A stretch of 64,000 bases of DNA, taken from NCBI GenBank assembly GCA_045126575.1, contig JBGVOQ010000019.1, positions 39,876 through 103,875 of the forward strand, read 5' to 3'. Numbering within the stretch: position 1 is the first letter of the stretch; each line of letters opens with the position of its first letter. A program made the translations under genes and the position numbers. Positions 63,482 through 64,000 of the stretch are shown here, piece by piece. The stretch is from Candidatus Onthoplasma sp. (GTDB taxonomy: Bacteria > Bacillota > Clostridia > Christensenellales > UBA1242). The notes beneath the pieces were generated by a model. It had not been told where the DNA came from, made no database searches, and was given only the letters and a program-made list of their open reading frames with translations.

Positions 63482-64000
63482 ATGGCATTGGAAAAAAATA
63501 TTGACACAGAACCTAGATGGTATGTATTAAAAACTTTTGCAGGTTACGAAAGTGTTGCTAAGCAAAACTTGGAACAAACAGTTAGCAAGTATAGTCTTGA
63601 AGATCGTATATTTGACATTGTTATTCCTATGGAAGATGTTTTGGAAGAAAAACGTGGCAAAAAAGTGCTTGTACCTAAAAAGATGATGCCAGGCTATATC
63701 ATTGTAAAGATGATTTATGGTGACGATATTTGGCACGCAGTTACTCGTACTCAATACATTTCAAGCTTTGTGGGCCCTAAAGGTCGCCCAGTCTGTATCA
63801 CTGAGGACGAAGTTGCTCGTTTAGGTTTGGGTAAGGTTACAGTTAATATCGATATTAACGTTGATGATATTATCGAAATTTTGGACGGACCTCTTGCATC
63901 TTTCATTGGTAAGGTTACCGAAGTTGATAAGGACAATCTAAAACTAAAGGCTACTGTTGAAATGTTTGGTCGTGATTCAACTGTTGAATTAAATTTCAAC
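63482..64000 (+). CDS. nusG: Transcription termination/antitermination factor NusG (3'-truncated by window edge; not in the ORF track)
   Basis: My own translation gives MALEKNIDTEPRWYVLKTFAGYESVAKQNLE...PGYIIVKM...FVGPKGRPVCITEDEV. The KOW region starts GDDIIEILDGPLASFIGKV. Confidence 0.9.
   Translation, partial: MALEKNIDTEPRWYVLKTFAGYESVAKQNLEQTVSKYSLEDRIFDIVIPMEDVLEEKRGKKVLVPKKMMPGYIIVKMIYGDDIWHAVTRTQYISSFVGPKGRPVCITEDEVARLGLGKVTVNIDINVDDIIEILDGPLASFIGKVTEVDKDNLKLKATVEMFGRDSTVELNFN

Noticed and set aside
1-64000. tRNA, rRNA, CRISPR arrays, IS elements, integrases, prophage or toxin-antitoxin/defence modules.
   Set aside because: Intergenic regions are short. None shows tRNA-like T-arm sequences (GGTTCGA-type) outside CDSs, regularly spaced repeats, or transposase/integrase-like ORFs. 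Nothing supports such calls.

Overview
This is a chromosomal segment of a low-GC Bacillota (Firmicutes) genome. It probably belongs to a Clostridia-like, endospore-lineage organism, because it carries spoIIE, whiA, ricT/yaaT and a Firmicute-type dnaB-dnaI pair. I call about 59 protein genes under the standard code. I saw no rRNA, tRNA, CRISPR array, transposase or integrase.

Most of the window is housekeeping: murB, uvrC, ychF, uppP, whiA, dnaE, rpsF-ssb-rpsR, glnS-alaS, rpsO, holB-ricT-yabB-like methyltransferase, rsmI, dnaB-dnaI, dut, xth, tilS and rpmG-secE-nusG. There are also two ABC exporters, an M1 lipoprotein peptidase and a compact 4-gene glycan module. Three genes are absent from the supplied ORF track: rpmG, nusG (3'-truncated by the window edge) and a 53-aa sORF.

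The standout is an accessory block of about 16 kb (about 32.5-48.4 kb) that interrupts the conserved holB...rsmI gene order. It holds a 2799-aa lipoprotein adhesin, then a SipW-type signal peptidase, then five paralogues carrying TasA/SipW-substrate-like signal junctions. One paralogue is 912 aa, one is membrane-anchored with a long P/N/Q-rich cytoplasmic tail, and one has its own strong promoter and structured leader. I interpret this as a candidate multi-subunit SipW-dependent fibre or pilus-like system more elaborate than the known tapA-sipW-tasA and sipW-tasA-calY operons. This is inference from by-eye motifs and needs HMM and structure checks.

Secondary observations are a ThyX-like protein with a degenerate RHR motif, a short AlaRS lacking the C-Ala domain, DnaA boxes upstream of dnaB-dnaI, ribosomal-protein leaders, and several small repeats in near-pure A/T spacers.
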